IMG/VR virus record: IMGVR_UViG_3300023313_000003 | Span: 15,486 to 79,485 of that record | DNA: 64,000 nucleotides | Source of the DNA: a virus | Reading direction: 5' to 3' (one strand) | Shown here: positions 9,140-18,871 of the stretch, one piece after another | Position numbering within the stretch: position 1 is the first letter of the stretch | How the letters are laid out: each line of letters starts with the position of its first letter | The notes under the pieces: generated by a model | The model's input: the letters and a program-made list of their open reading frames with translations, nothing else | The model's database searches: none | Told to the model about the DNA's origin: nothing | Translations under genes and position numbers: made by a program

Positions 9140-12100
9140 TTAGATTTTATTAAAATTAAATAGCATCCCTTGTATATTTGAAGGATCTTCATCACTAACT
9201 TTACTTAAAGTAACTTTTAAGGCTAAGTCTCTTCCTGTAGAGATTGTAGATTTATATTTTAGTAGATGATCTTTAGTTTCGACAACAGAAGTTGCTTCAT
9301 CAGTAAAAGCTAATTCTAATTGAGCAATATTTCTATCATAAGAAGCCCATGTATTTTGTTTTAGTCTTCTATAAATAAACTTATCACCAAGATTACGAAC
9401 GTGTTTAACATCCATCTCTTCTTCCATTCTAATTAATCCATGATATGCTGGTCTATCTGCTCCAACTATCAATTTCATAACACCAAGCTTTCCATGCCAA
9501 TCGTAAGATCTATTATAATAATATCTTCCGATATAACTATATTGATAACCTGTTGAGTTGTTTCCAATTACTTTTCCACCTTTCCCTCTATTTTTGTCTC
9601 CAAAGATAAAAGGTAAATCTTCCCAAGTTACCCCATCAAGACTTCTTTCAATAAAAAATCCAGTATCAAATCGTCTACCATATCTCACAAAATGATGAAT
9701 ATCTTGCCAAGCATTTGATATAGTTTTATACGCAAAGCCAGCACCAGTTGGGTTCTCTATAATATGCATATAATATTGTTTAGTGTTTATCCCGAATTGA
9801 CCAAATCCCTCTCTATTAAATGCCATATTCCATGTATTATCCATGTCAGTAGCATTAGGAGACATTTCTATTTCTAAGCAAAAATCTCTTGCGCCAGGGA
9901 ATAAATCATACTCACCATATCTATACATTAAATTATGAGCAGAAACTTGGTACGCAAATCCAGCAAGGAAATCAGCATCTTCAATTATTCCACCAGCAGC
10001 TCCAGTATTTTTTATCATTAAAGCTGCGTTAGCATCAATCGATTCGATATATACACCACCAAAAGCTCTGTATGAAAATTGTCCAACTGGATCTGCTATC
10101 TTACCTGTTCTTTCGTCTAGTCTTTGAGAAGAAGTATCTCCTAGATTTACACCCCACTTTAAAAATGGATCAGCCCTATTCTGATCAATACCTAAAATTT
10201 TAGCTGGAGCGGCGATAGGAAGATTATAAATCCCTGCACTATCATCTATTTCACCATAAAAAGTTCTAGGACTTGATCCTTCACCAGTGTAAAGCCCATT
10301 GTTTGTTTGATAGAAACCTGAGTTCCTATAAGTAACCATCATTTTTTTATTTAATGGATCTCCTACCATTTCCAAAGTTCCTTCAGAATCTTCAGAACCC
10401 CAATGATTAACTAAATGAGATGGCCCCATCCAGTTTGTATTATTTTGTAATTGGTGAATTGGAGAAATATAATAATCATAAAATCTCATAAACATATTAT
10501 AATTTTGATTCTCCCATACTCCATTATTTAATCTAAGATAATTAGAACTAGCTTGAGAAGTTGCTGCAAATCTAATCATACCTCTAAAAGTTGTGCTTAA
10601 GCCTGTTGGATTAATCTCAAGAGCATCTGAAGGATTCCAGTTCCCTTCAACAATAAAAGCAACTTGTTGTCCTACGTTTAATCTTAAATCATCAAAATTA
10701 AAGAAGTGCCATTTAACATCATCATATTGGCATATATCAAACTCTCTAATTTGATTTGATGTTGCTATAACATTTGTTTCATCTGGAACTCCAGCGACAA
10801 CTGCAACACATTTAATCCAGATATAATGATTAGGATTATAACAAGCTTCAGAAAAATAAGTTCGAGCCATATATAATGACATTGTTCTTATATGGAATTT
10901 TCCATCAAAAGATCTTGTAGCATAACCTAGACTATTACCTCTATTACTAACTGAAGGAACAGTGAATAACTGAGCTAACTTATCTCCACGATCAAGACTT
11001 ACTGCTGCTTCAGATAAATGAACAAAATTTAATGCGCCAGGTGCTTGTTCATAATGATAACCTTGAAGTTGAGTATAGTCTGGGATTTTTATAAAATATG
11101 ATTGATGATAATCATAGTCATAATTTATATCTCTAAAATCATTGACAATATAAATTGTATTTCCTACCACTCTCATTCTTTCTTTATAAAATCTTGCCCA
11201 TGCACCTGTGCTTGAAGATAAAGATCCATCATAGCTCCAGTTTTGATAAAGAGATTGGTTCAGATATAAATAAGATCCAATATCATTGTGATAAATATAA
11301 TCAGTGTGATCTAAATTATGAAGCCAAACAGGAAAAGCTCCAAAGTCTGTAGAAATATCAGTAGTGATTACTAAAGGAACTGTCGCATTTGTTAATGTAC
11401 TATTAGTTATTGTTACATCTATTTGTTCTTTATTGAATAAGAAATCAATAACAAAACCTGTTGCCCAATCTCCACTTACAGTTACATCACCAATATTAAG
11501 CCAAGCATAATTAGCAATTATAGCTGCTTCAAAGTCTACTGCTGTCATTCCAAAAGTTAACATACCAATTTTTGTTTCAACAGGAGTCGCTTGATCAAAT
11601 CTTTCTAATGAGAAATCAGCAACACCAGCATCAGGAATCGCATCAAAAGTAAATTTAGTATGTGAATATCTACCACTATGAGTTCTGCCTAAATTTAAGG
11701 TATATAAAAATAACTCAGGAGATGTACTATCTTGTTTAAGAATAACTAACTCTTTACTATCTGTTATAACCCAACTTAAGAATCTATTAGTAGCTGCATG
11801 TTGGTGAGCAAAAGATGTTTGTGTTTTAGTTCCACCTTTTAATGAGGCAGTAAAAGCATTTTCATATCCTATATTGGTATGATTAGTTCCTGCATTATCA
11901 ATCATTGCTTGAGGAATAGTAACCGCATAAGCATGACCATTGTTATGATTTGTTGACCAGAATAATTTCTTTTCACCTTCTATTATTTCCCAAAAGAAAA
12001 TTGCAGGATAATGATGTTGCCAGTGATCAACTCCAATTAAATATGAATAATTCATGTAGACCATATCTTTATTAGCCCAATCAATTATATAATGATTACA

Positions 12101-13603
12101 GTATGGATCATTTAGATGATTACTATAAGCAACAGAACAATGTCCTGTACTCCAATCCATTGCTAATGCTTGATCATACATATGATAATTAGCTCCAATA
12201 GTAACTTGTCCTAAATTATGATGGGAAGAAGGGAATAATTTAGTCCAAAAAGTAACACCACTCATATCTCCAAAGAAGTATTGATTCTGATGATAACCAT
12301 TGTTTGAATATTGATAATGACCAAAAACAAATTTACCACTATCGTCTACATCAAATAACCCATCATTCATCCAGTTAGCAAAATTGTCCGTTCCTTCTGC
12401 ATACTGACCAGTTTGACTTGCTCCATCTTGTGACCAGTGAGATTGAAAATCTTGAACTTGGTTTATTGTTTTTAAAAAGTCTGTAGAGTACCAAAGTAAA
12501 GTTGTGTTTGAGTTAGCTGCTCTTTCTACTTTAGCTGCAATTAATGTATATTGTTTACTTGGTGATTGTTTAACAGTGATATGGTTAACTGCGCCAGGCA
12601 AATTCTTTTGTATTTCATGTAATAAAGGTTTACCTAATATTCTTTTAGCATCTAATGAATGAGCTTCCTCTAATGAAAGAGCTGATAATGTCCCTGCAAG
12701 TCCATCTCCAGCAGATTCTACTACAATATTAAAAGGAGCAAATCTAACTTTTGTAAACCAATCTGCAATAGTATAACCTAGAGTTAAGTCTAAAGTATTA
12801 TCAGTTAATAATAATGTAGTTTCTCGTAAAACATTATCATAAACAGGATTACCAGATATAGAAATAAGAGCTGGCTTATTTAAAGCATCTAATAGGAAGA
12901 TATTTTTATCAGCACCATTAACGCTAACAATTTCAAAAGCTAAAACTGTATCTAAATCTTTAAAATATCCAGTTACATCTCCATGAAAGGTAATAGTATG
13001 AGTTCCATCTAAGTTATTAGTAATATCTTTAGGAGCTAATGATTGCAATGAGGCAACTAAGATACCTTCTGTATGATTAACTACACTAGAAGTTTTTTCT
13101 TCTCTTTGATAATTTCCAGTAGTGATACCTTGATCTAAAGTCATTCGACTTGATTCGATTAAGGCTGTACTAACTACTGAAATTTTAGAATCTTGAAAAG
13201 ATTCAATAAAGTAATCTGGATATTTACCAGATATATCTGCTATTATTTTTAATTCAGCATCATCCAATACTTTTAAGTAACCAATAGCATCTGCATTTGA
13301 TCCTGTGTTATATACACCAGCACCAAAATTAATTTGTCTAACAATTCCTTGGTGCATATAATTTAAAGAAGAGGCTGTATGATTAATCCATACTTCACCT
13401 TCTCTCGCTGTTGCTGGATCTGAGTTCATTACTCTAACATTCATTACTTGTTCTGAACCATTCTTAAAGATAGAAAGTTTCTTAGTTGCTGAGTTGTACC
13501 AGATATGATCAGAGCTAGGTATAACAGGATCATCAGCTCTCATTTGAACTGCTACTTCAGTTGCTAAATTGTCAATCTTTGTAATGTGTGTTTTCTTTGC
13601 CAT
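9140..13603 (-). CDS. Large virion/receptor-binding tail protein
   Basis: 1487 aa in the tail module; N-terminal IWYNS/VWINH repeats; aromatic-rich beta regions; LamG-like segment near the C-terminus. Confidence 0.65.
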   Translation of the reverse strand: MAKKTHITKIDNLATEVAVQMRADDPVIPSSDHIWYNSATKKLSIFKNGSEQVMNVRVMNSDPATAREGEVWINHTASSLNYMHQGIVRQINFGAGVYNTGSNADAIGYLKVLDDAELKIIADISGKYPDYFIESFQDSKISVVSTALIESSRMTLDQGITTGNYQREEKTSSVVNHTEGILVASLQSLAPKDITNNLDGTHTITFHGDVTGYFKDLDTVLAFEIVSVNGADKNIFLLDALNKPALISISGNPVYDNVLRETTLLLTDNTLDLTLGYTIADWFTKVRFAPFNIVVESAGDGLAGTLSALSLEEAHSLDAKRILGKPLLHEIQKNLPGAVNHITVKQSPSKQYTLIAAKVERAANSNTTLLWYSTDFLKTINQVQDFQSHWSQDGASQTGQYAEGTDNFANWMNDGLFDVDDSGKFVFGHYQYSNNGYHQNQYFFGDMSGVTFWTKLFPSSHHNLGQVTIGANYHMYDQALAMDWSTGHCSVAYSNHLNDPYCNHYIIDWANKDMVYMNYSYLIGVDHWQHHYPAIFFWEIIEGEKKLFWSTNHNNGHAYAVTIPQAMIDNAGTNHTNIGYENAFTASLKGGTKTQTSFAHQHAATNRFLSWVITDSKELVILKQDSTSPELFLYTLNLGRTHSGRYSHTKFTFDAIPDAGVADFSLERFDQATPVETKIGMLTFGMTAVDFEAAIIANYAWLNIGDVTVSGDWATGFVIDFLFNKEQIDVTITNSTLTNATVPLVITTDISTDFGAFPVWLHNLDHTDYIYHNDIGSYLYLNQSLYQNWSYDGSLSSSTGAWARFYKERMRVVGNTIYIVNDFRDINYDYDYHQSYFIKIPDYTQLQGYHYEQAPGALNFVHLSEAAVSLDRGDKLAQLFTVPSVSNRGNSLGYATRSFDGKFHIRTMSLYMARTYFSEACYNPNHYIWIKCVAVVAGVPDETNVIATSNQIREFDICQYDDVKWHFFNFDDLRLNVGQQVAFIVEGNWNPSDALEINPTGLSTTFRGMIRFAATSQASSNYLRLNNGVWENQNYNMFMRFYDYYISPIHQLQNNTNWMGPSHLVNHWGSEDSEGTLEMVGDPLNKKMMVTYRNSGFYQTNNGLYTGEGSSPRTFYGEIDDSAGIYNLPIAAPAKILGIDQNRADPFLKWGVNLGDTSSQRLDERTGKIADPVGQFSYRAFGGVYIESIDANAALMIKNTGAAGGIIEDADFLAGFAYQVSAHNLMYRYGEYDLFPGARDFCLEIEMSPNATDMDNTWNMAFNREGFGQFGINTKQYYMHIIENPTGAGFAYKTISNAWQDIHHFVRYGRRFDTGFFIERSLDGVTWEDLPFIFGDKNRGKGGKVIGNNSTGYQYSYIGRYYYNRSYDWHGKLGVMKLIVGADRPAYHGLIRMEEEMDVKHVRNLGDKFIYRRLKQNTWASYDRNIAQLELAFTDEATSVVETKDHLLKYKSTISTGRDLALKVTLSKVSDEDPSNIQGMLFNFNKI

Positions 13604-13613
13604 ATATTACTCC

Positions 13614-15800
13614 TTAATAGTTATATTTTATGAAAAGGTTTAAGTTTATATTTTTCATTCTTGTTTCATTTCCACCAGTAGAACTACTAGCAACACCTCC
13701 ACTAACAGAAGTAACAGGATAAGACCAAGTAGAACCCCACCATCCTTGCCCTATGTTTGGCCTATTATAAGTATGATTGTGACTTTTAAATTCGTCATTC
13801 TGGAATGAACCAATTAAAGATTGATCTGCTTCGTGTAAAACTCTTGAGTTGAGATCAGGATCAAGTCCTCTCCCATTATCAGTTACTCTAATTGATGTGC
13901 CTCTAGCATCAGGAAGAAATCCCCAACCTTTTATCTGTCTTAATTTATCTGAAGCAACTAAAGGTTTAGTTTCAAGTAAAGCCCAACGATCACCATTAGG
14001 ATCATTCATTTCAACCCTAAATTCAGCTTCAGTTAATACCGACCATGAACAATGTCCAACAGGAAAAACATCAATAGCTCCGTCAGTAGCTTGCAATGGA
14101 ATTGTATTCCAAACTTGAGCAACTGAATCATATATTTTTATATGAGCCTTCCCATCTACCATAGCAAAAGCATAGTTTACATTGCCAGTAGTTAATGTTG
14201 GAGGATCTGGAAGATCAGCTTCACTTGGAAAAACTTTTGAAGAGAAAACAGTTCCGTTTAAATTCTCTTCAACTTCAAAAATAGGTTCAGCTAAGTCATT
14301 CTTAACTGCCCATGTATTTCCTACACCATCTACGATATATAAAACATTGTTATTATCAACAAATAATTCCCAAGCTAATCCACTTGTACTAGATAGGAAT
14401 AAGTTATCAACAACAACTCCTGCTGATGGATTATCATTAACAGATATTTGACCGAGATCATTTATTTCTAATGACACTATTGATAGATCATCTCTCTTTA
14501 ATCTTATGGGATCAACAACACCTGTAACAACCTCATTAGCTTGCAACTCTCCAGTGTTAGATATATTTAAAGACCATTTTTGTAATGATGGACTTTCTAG
14601 TATTATATTAGTTAATTTTGGCCTTAATACTACACAAACATTTCCAAAAGAATCTATAGAACTAGATCCTTCAAAAAATACTATATAAACTTTTTTAGAT
14701 ATTCCAGTTAAGTCTCCATCAATAATAAATTTATTACTAGAAACTAAATGCCAAGAATTTGTAATTATTGTAGAACTTTTTTTACATATAAAAACACCAT
14801 CTACAAACACCATAGCTACATCTGTGTTTAAAACACCAGCAGATAAAGTAAATTCAGTATCAACTCCAACTAAAACACCTTCAGTTAAAGAGTCAAAAGA
14901 CTGTTCATGCTTAATTGATAAGCCAGCTAATATAGAAGGAACAACTGAAGGTAATTCAACACCTTCATACACTTCGATCTCTAATTGAGAAGCTTGTCCT
15001 GAATAATCTGAATCTAATTCAAAATTAAAGCTATCTATCTTTATAAAATAAGGAGCAGGAGTTGTTAGTGCATCTATAAATTCAGGAAGTTTTTTACCAT
15101 CTAAATAAATATTTGCTTTATCACTATCTAATATTTCAAAGTCATGCTGTATTTGAGTTTTATTATTAGAATTAATAAATGGGACTTGTACGTTGAACTC
15201 ATTTTTAGATCCATCAGTTAAAGCAAAACCTCTTGACTTAACAGCTAATCCACCGCCTCCGCTTCCACCGCCACCTGAAATTCCTGACCAGATTGCAGCT
15301 CCTAATGTGTTATCTTCACATACATATAGAATATGAGTAATTTTGTCATACCATAAACTTCCTTCTACATAATTTTGAGTAATATCGTTATTTGCATCAG
15401 GAGATATGATTGCATTTTTATTATCTCTTAATGACCAATACCTAGAGGCAGTTTCCGCTATATCGTCTGCTGATAGAGAAATATCTCCTTGCTGACCATT
15501 AACACTTGTCACGAAACTTTTCCATACAGCTAACCCATTAGAATTATCCATACAGAAGTAGCTATCTCCAGTAGTTATATTTGACCACCTTGAACCAATC
15601 TCATAATTTTTAGATAAATCATCAGTAGGAGTTGGATTTACTGTTGCATTAAAATTGTTTTTCCTTAAAGTATTTTCTAAAATATCATCACTCTTAGGAG
15701 TATACGCTTTCTCTGTACTAGGAAGATACGTTTTATCAGCACCAGCATTAGTTAACTCTGTTAAAGTTTTAATGTCTGCATTTTGAATTTTACCACTCAT
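13614..15800 (-). CDS. Tail fibre protein with a C-terminal collar/HxH tip
   Basis: Duplicated NN..A...P...DD...NY..GS.W....T...Y.C.DN..G.A.W unit; repeated L.S....W.L.I.N.G.L; LPDARG...SFQNDEFKSHNH...GNETRMKN. Confidence 0.8.
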   Translation of the reverse strand: MSGKIQNADIKTLTELTNAGADKTYLPSTEKAYTPKSDDILENTLRKNNFNATVNPTPTDDLSKNYEIGSRWSNITTGDSYFCMDNSNGLAVWKSFVTSVNGQQGDISLSADDIAETASRYWSLRDNKNAIISPDANNDITQNYVEGSLWYDKITHILYVCEDNTLGAAIWSGISGGGGSGGGGLAVKSRGFALTDGSKNEFNVQVPFINSNNKTQIQHDFEILDSDKANIYLDGKKLPEFIDALTTPAPYFIKIDSFNFELDSDYSGQASQLEIEVYEGVELPSVVPSILAGLSIKHEQSFDSLTEGVLVGVDTEFTLSAGVLNTDVAMVFVDGVFICKKSSTIITNSWHLVSSNKFIIDGDLTGISKKVYIVFFEGSSSIDSFGNVCVVLRPKLTNIILESPSLQKWSLNISNTGELQANEVVTGVVDPIRLKRDDLSIVSLEINDLGQISVNDNPSAGVVVDNLFLSSTSGLAWELFVDNNNVLYIVDGVGNTWAVKNDLAEPIFEVEENLNGTVFSSKVFPSEADLPDPPTLTTGNVNYAFAMVDGKAHIKIYDSVAQVWNTIPLQATDGAIDVFPVGHCSWSVLTEAEFRVEMNDPNGDRWALLETKPLVASDKLRQIKGWGFLPDARGTSIRVTDNGRGLDPDLNSRVLHEADQSLIGSFQNDEFKSHNHTYNRPNIGQGWWGSTWSYPVTSVSGGVASSSTGGNETRMKNINLNLFIKYNY

Positions 15801-15809
15801 ATTTATTTC

Positions 15810-17942
15810 CTATATAGTCTCGTATTTTACTTTTAATACTTGTCCTAAAACTGGAGGACTATTTAATGTTATTGTGTTTGTTGCTAAAGTGAAAGAATAT
15901 TCTGTATCGTTCAATCCATTCAAGAAAAGCATCAGAGATCCATCGATAGGAGGATTGCTGATAATATAATCTGTATTAATTCCATCAACTACTCCAATAG
16001 GAGTTTCTGTAATTGGAGTAGAATATCCTTCTCCTATTCTAATTATTTTACCTGATCTTTGTAATGTATTATCCCACCAGATTAATGAGTCACCAACTCT
16101 TGAAGCAATTCTAAAATATTCAGGATCATTTGGTACATCAGTTCCAACTATAGGTGTAATATTTAATGTCACATTGAAATTTACCTTAGCATATAAATGT
16201 TCGCCATCAGCTAAAGTAAAAGGACTAAAGGAAGTTTGTATTGTATTAAAAACAGAGCTTTTACCGAAAGAAATAATTAGATCATCTAATATTTCTAATG
16301 TTCCTGCTGGATTAGACCAGATTATCTTCCCATTATTGTTCGTAAATACAAAAGCATTTTTACTATTGATCAAATCATTTATAGTCTTCTGAGTATTTAG
16401 AATAACTGGGCCACTAAGATTTGAAAGAGTATCATCATCTAATGTTACTTTATTCTTAAAAGTAGATTCTCCAGAAACAAACAGTATTCCTTGAGTTATT
16501 AAGTCTTTTACTAGTAAATTAGCATTTCCTTCATAGAAAGCTGAAGGATCAGTTAGTTCTTTTGTATTAATAACATAAGAAGCATTAGGCCTTCCTCCTT
16601 TTAAATATGTTTGGATAAAAGGAGAAGCTTGAAGTTCACTTCCAGAAGCATTAAGGCCAATTGTTATTAAGTCGTTAGATAATAGATTACTTTCTAATGC
16701 TGTTTTGATTTGTTGTGCATCTGATAATCCATCATTGAATGTAACTACAATATGATCACCGATTACTTCAACTAATTCTGCGCCAGGTAAACCTATATCA
16801 TCAGCTCCATTTATTAAATTAATAGGAGCGACTATTGTTGTTTGAGGATTACTGTTACCACCTGTAATAGTTGGGATAACTAATAGACTTGCATTAACAT
16901 TAGCTGTAATTGCATCATTTATTTGTTGAGCAGTTGAAACTCCGTCTTCTGCTTTAATTTTTATAGAACTACCTACTACTGTAATGATTTCATTACCAGC
17001 ATCACCAATAGCATCTACACCACCAGTTAAAAAAGTTTGTGGGTGTATCGTTTGTAATTCATTCCCAACACCTAAAGCAATAGTTTGAACTAATGCATCA
17101 GCTAATGGAGCATTTACAATTGCGAATCTAATACTATCAGGAGTAGATACCCCATCTTCAATTTGTATTGAAAGGTCATTGCCAACTAAAGTGACGACTT
17201 CAGAACCATAAGTTCCTCCTCCAGTATAGGTTATATTAATTAAATCACCTACAACTCCACCTAACCTTGATACATACTCTATATCTTGGATAAATTCATT
17301 AGAAGTTATAGAAGGAGTAAAATCTTCATACTCTATCGAGATATTGTTACCAATTAATCCAGAATTAACAGAAGTATATAAAATGTCTTGTATAGTTAAA
17401 GAAGCTGTATTTAAAACACTTCCCTTTTTATATTCTATAGATATTTTGTTACCTAATTGTTCTATTTTCTTAGAAGTAAAATTAAGATCACCAATAGATA
17501 AAGAGGCATCTATAGAATTTAATGTGAATCTAAGGTTATGATCACCAGAATTGCTACCAGTAGTGCCAGCTCCAAAATTCTTCTGAGGAAGTTCATCGTA
17601 ATTATCCAAATTTTCTCTTGTAAGGTCTGAACCTTGAGCAACAGAGAACTCAAAAGTATCTCCTATTTCAAATAAGGTAGGCCCTTGGTTGATAGTAGCA
17701 AATAACTTTAAGTCTTGGTCATTAAAAGCGACACCAACAACTGCAACTCCAACAGATCCATCTAAGTCTCCAATTATTTTAAAAACAGTAAATGGAGCAA
17801 TCGCAGTACAAATCGCACTATAATTTTGATTTATAGTAAAATGAGTTAGCCTGTCAATAGTTAGTGTTCCATTTCCAATTGAAGGGCCAGTTAATACTGG
17901 AGATGAAGAAACGTAGGGATTTTTGAAAATATCTTGTGACAT
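15810..17942 (-). CDS. Virion structural protein with three nested copies of a beta domain
   Basis: N-terminal GNGTL/FEIGDTF head/tail-decoration-like motif; repeated DG.S.A.QI units; C-terminal DG.NT.Y...LFLNG Ig-like unit. Confidence 0.7.
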   Translation of the reverse strand: MSQDIFKNPYVSSSPVLTGPSIGNGTLTIDRLTHFTINQNYSAICTAIAPFTVFKIIGDLDGSVGVAVVGVAFNDQDLKLFATINQGPTLFEIGDTFEFSVAQGSDLTRENLDNYDELPQKNFGAGTTGSNSGDHNLRFTLNSIDASLSIGDLNFTSKKIEQLGNKISIEYKKGSVLNTASLTIQDILYTSVNSGLIGNNISIEYEDFTPSITSNEFIQDIEYVSRLGGVVGDLINITYTGGGTYGSEVVTLVGNDLSIQIEDGVSTPDSIRFAIVNAPLADALVQTIALGVGNELQTIHPQTFLTGGVDAIGDAGNEIITVVGSSIKIKAEDGVSTAQQINDAITANVNASLLVIPTITGGNSNPQTTIVAPINLINGADDIGLPGAELVEVIGDHIVVTFNDGLSDAQQIKTALESNLLSNDLITIGLNASGSELQASPFIQTYLKGGRPNASYVINTKELTDPSAFYEGNANLLVKDLITQGILFVSGESTFKNKVTLDDDTLSNLSGPVILNTQKTINDLINSKNAFVFTNNNGKIIWSNPAGTLEILDDLIISFGKSSVFNTIQTSFSPFTLADGEHLYAKVNFNVTLNITPIVGTDVPNDPEYFRIASRVGDSLIWWDNTLQRSGKIIRIGEGYSTPITETPIGVVDGINTDYIISNPPIDGSLMLFLNGLNDTEYSFTLATNTITLNSPPVLGQVLKVKYETI

Positions 17943-18049
17943 GCTGTAACCTTATATGTTTTTAATTAAACACTATTAAACATAATCAATGTAAATAATT
18001 GATTTTACTTATTTTATTTATATGTTTTGGGAAATTTAATTATCATATA

Positions 18050-18060
18050 ATATATACAAC
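18050..18060 (-). promoter_or_regulatory. Putative late promoter GTTGTATATAT
   Basis: Copy of the motif shared upstream of structural genes. Confidence 0.6.
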
Positions 18061-18061
18061 T

Positions 18062-18871
18062 TTAGAATACTTCATCAAACTTAAAAGGCATCGTCATATA
18101 TCTATTAACAGTATAAGATTCAGCAGGAATAGTAGACATTTGCCCCCACCCTGTAAAAAGCTCAGGGTCATCTCTATCTACAATTGTTAAAAATGGAACG
18201 CTAATACCCACATAGTCGAATAAACTTCTTAAATTAACAAAATTTGTATTGTTTCCGATTTTAGTATCAAGTTTTGCAAACTTAACACTTAAAGTTCTAG
18301 CTTTAACTCTCTGATTTGATTGTCTAAAGAAGCCTTCTGTACTTATAACTTCAGCATAATCTTTAGTTGCAATAGAAATTGAGTCTGTAATATCTTCATT
18401 ATTACTCATAGTAGTTGCTCTCCCTCCTACTATTCTACCAATCTCAATAAATCCACAAGGATTAGTTGGATCGAGTATTCTAACTCTATAATACTCAAAT
18501 TGATCTCCTAATTCTGAAAGCCACACCATATTTTCTCTCATATAAGGGATAGTAACTGTAACTGGAGGTGCAAGCCAATTATCTGAAATATTAGCTTGGA
18601 GTTGAACTACAACATCTGGAGTAAAATTATGCCCAATGATAGCAAAAGTGTCGATATTTGACACTTTCTCAGCCTTTATCACTATTTCTTGCCAGTTTAA
18701 AACATCTGTACTTCTCCATCTATGCCTACTTGATTCAGTATTTAAGTTTAATTTATCAAAATCACCAGACGCTTGAGAAGTTACTGACAAAATATTTTGG
18801 CCTGGATTATAAATATCTCTGTTCCCAAAATCAAATCTATGTAAAAAGCTTATTCCTGTTCCTGAACTCAT
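18062..18871 (-). CDS. Distal tail (Dit-like) protein
   Basis: Directly downstream of the tape measure; GHNF, YYRVRI.D and IEIGR motifs. Confidence 0.65.
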   Translation of the reverse strand: MSSGTGISFLHRFDFGNRDIYNPGQNILSVTSQASGDFDKLNLNTESSRHRWRSTDVLNWQEIVIKAEKVSNIDTFAIIGHNFTPDVVVQLQANISDNWLAPPVTVTIPYMRENMVWLSELGDQFEYYRVRILDPTNPCGFIEIGRIVGGRATTMSNNEDITDSISIATKDYAEVISTEGFFRQSNQRVKARTLSVKFAKLDTKIGNNTNFVNLRSLFDYVGISVPFLTIVDRDDPELFTGWGQMSTIPAESYTVNRYMTMPFKFDEVF

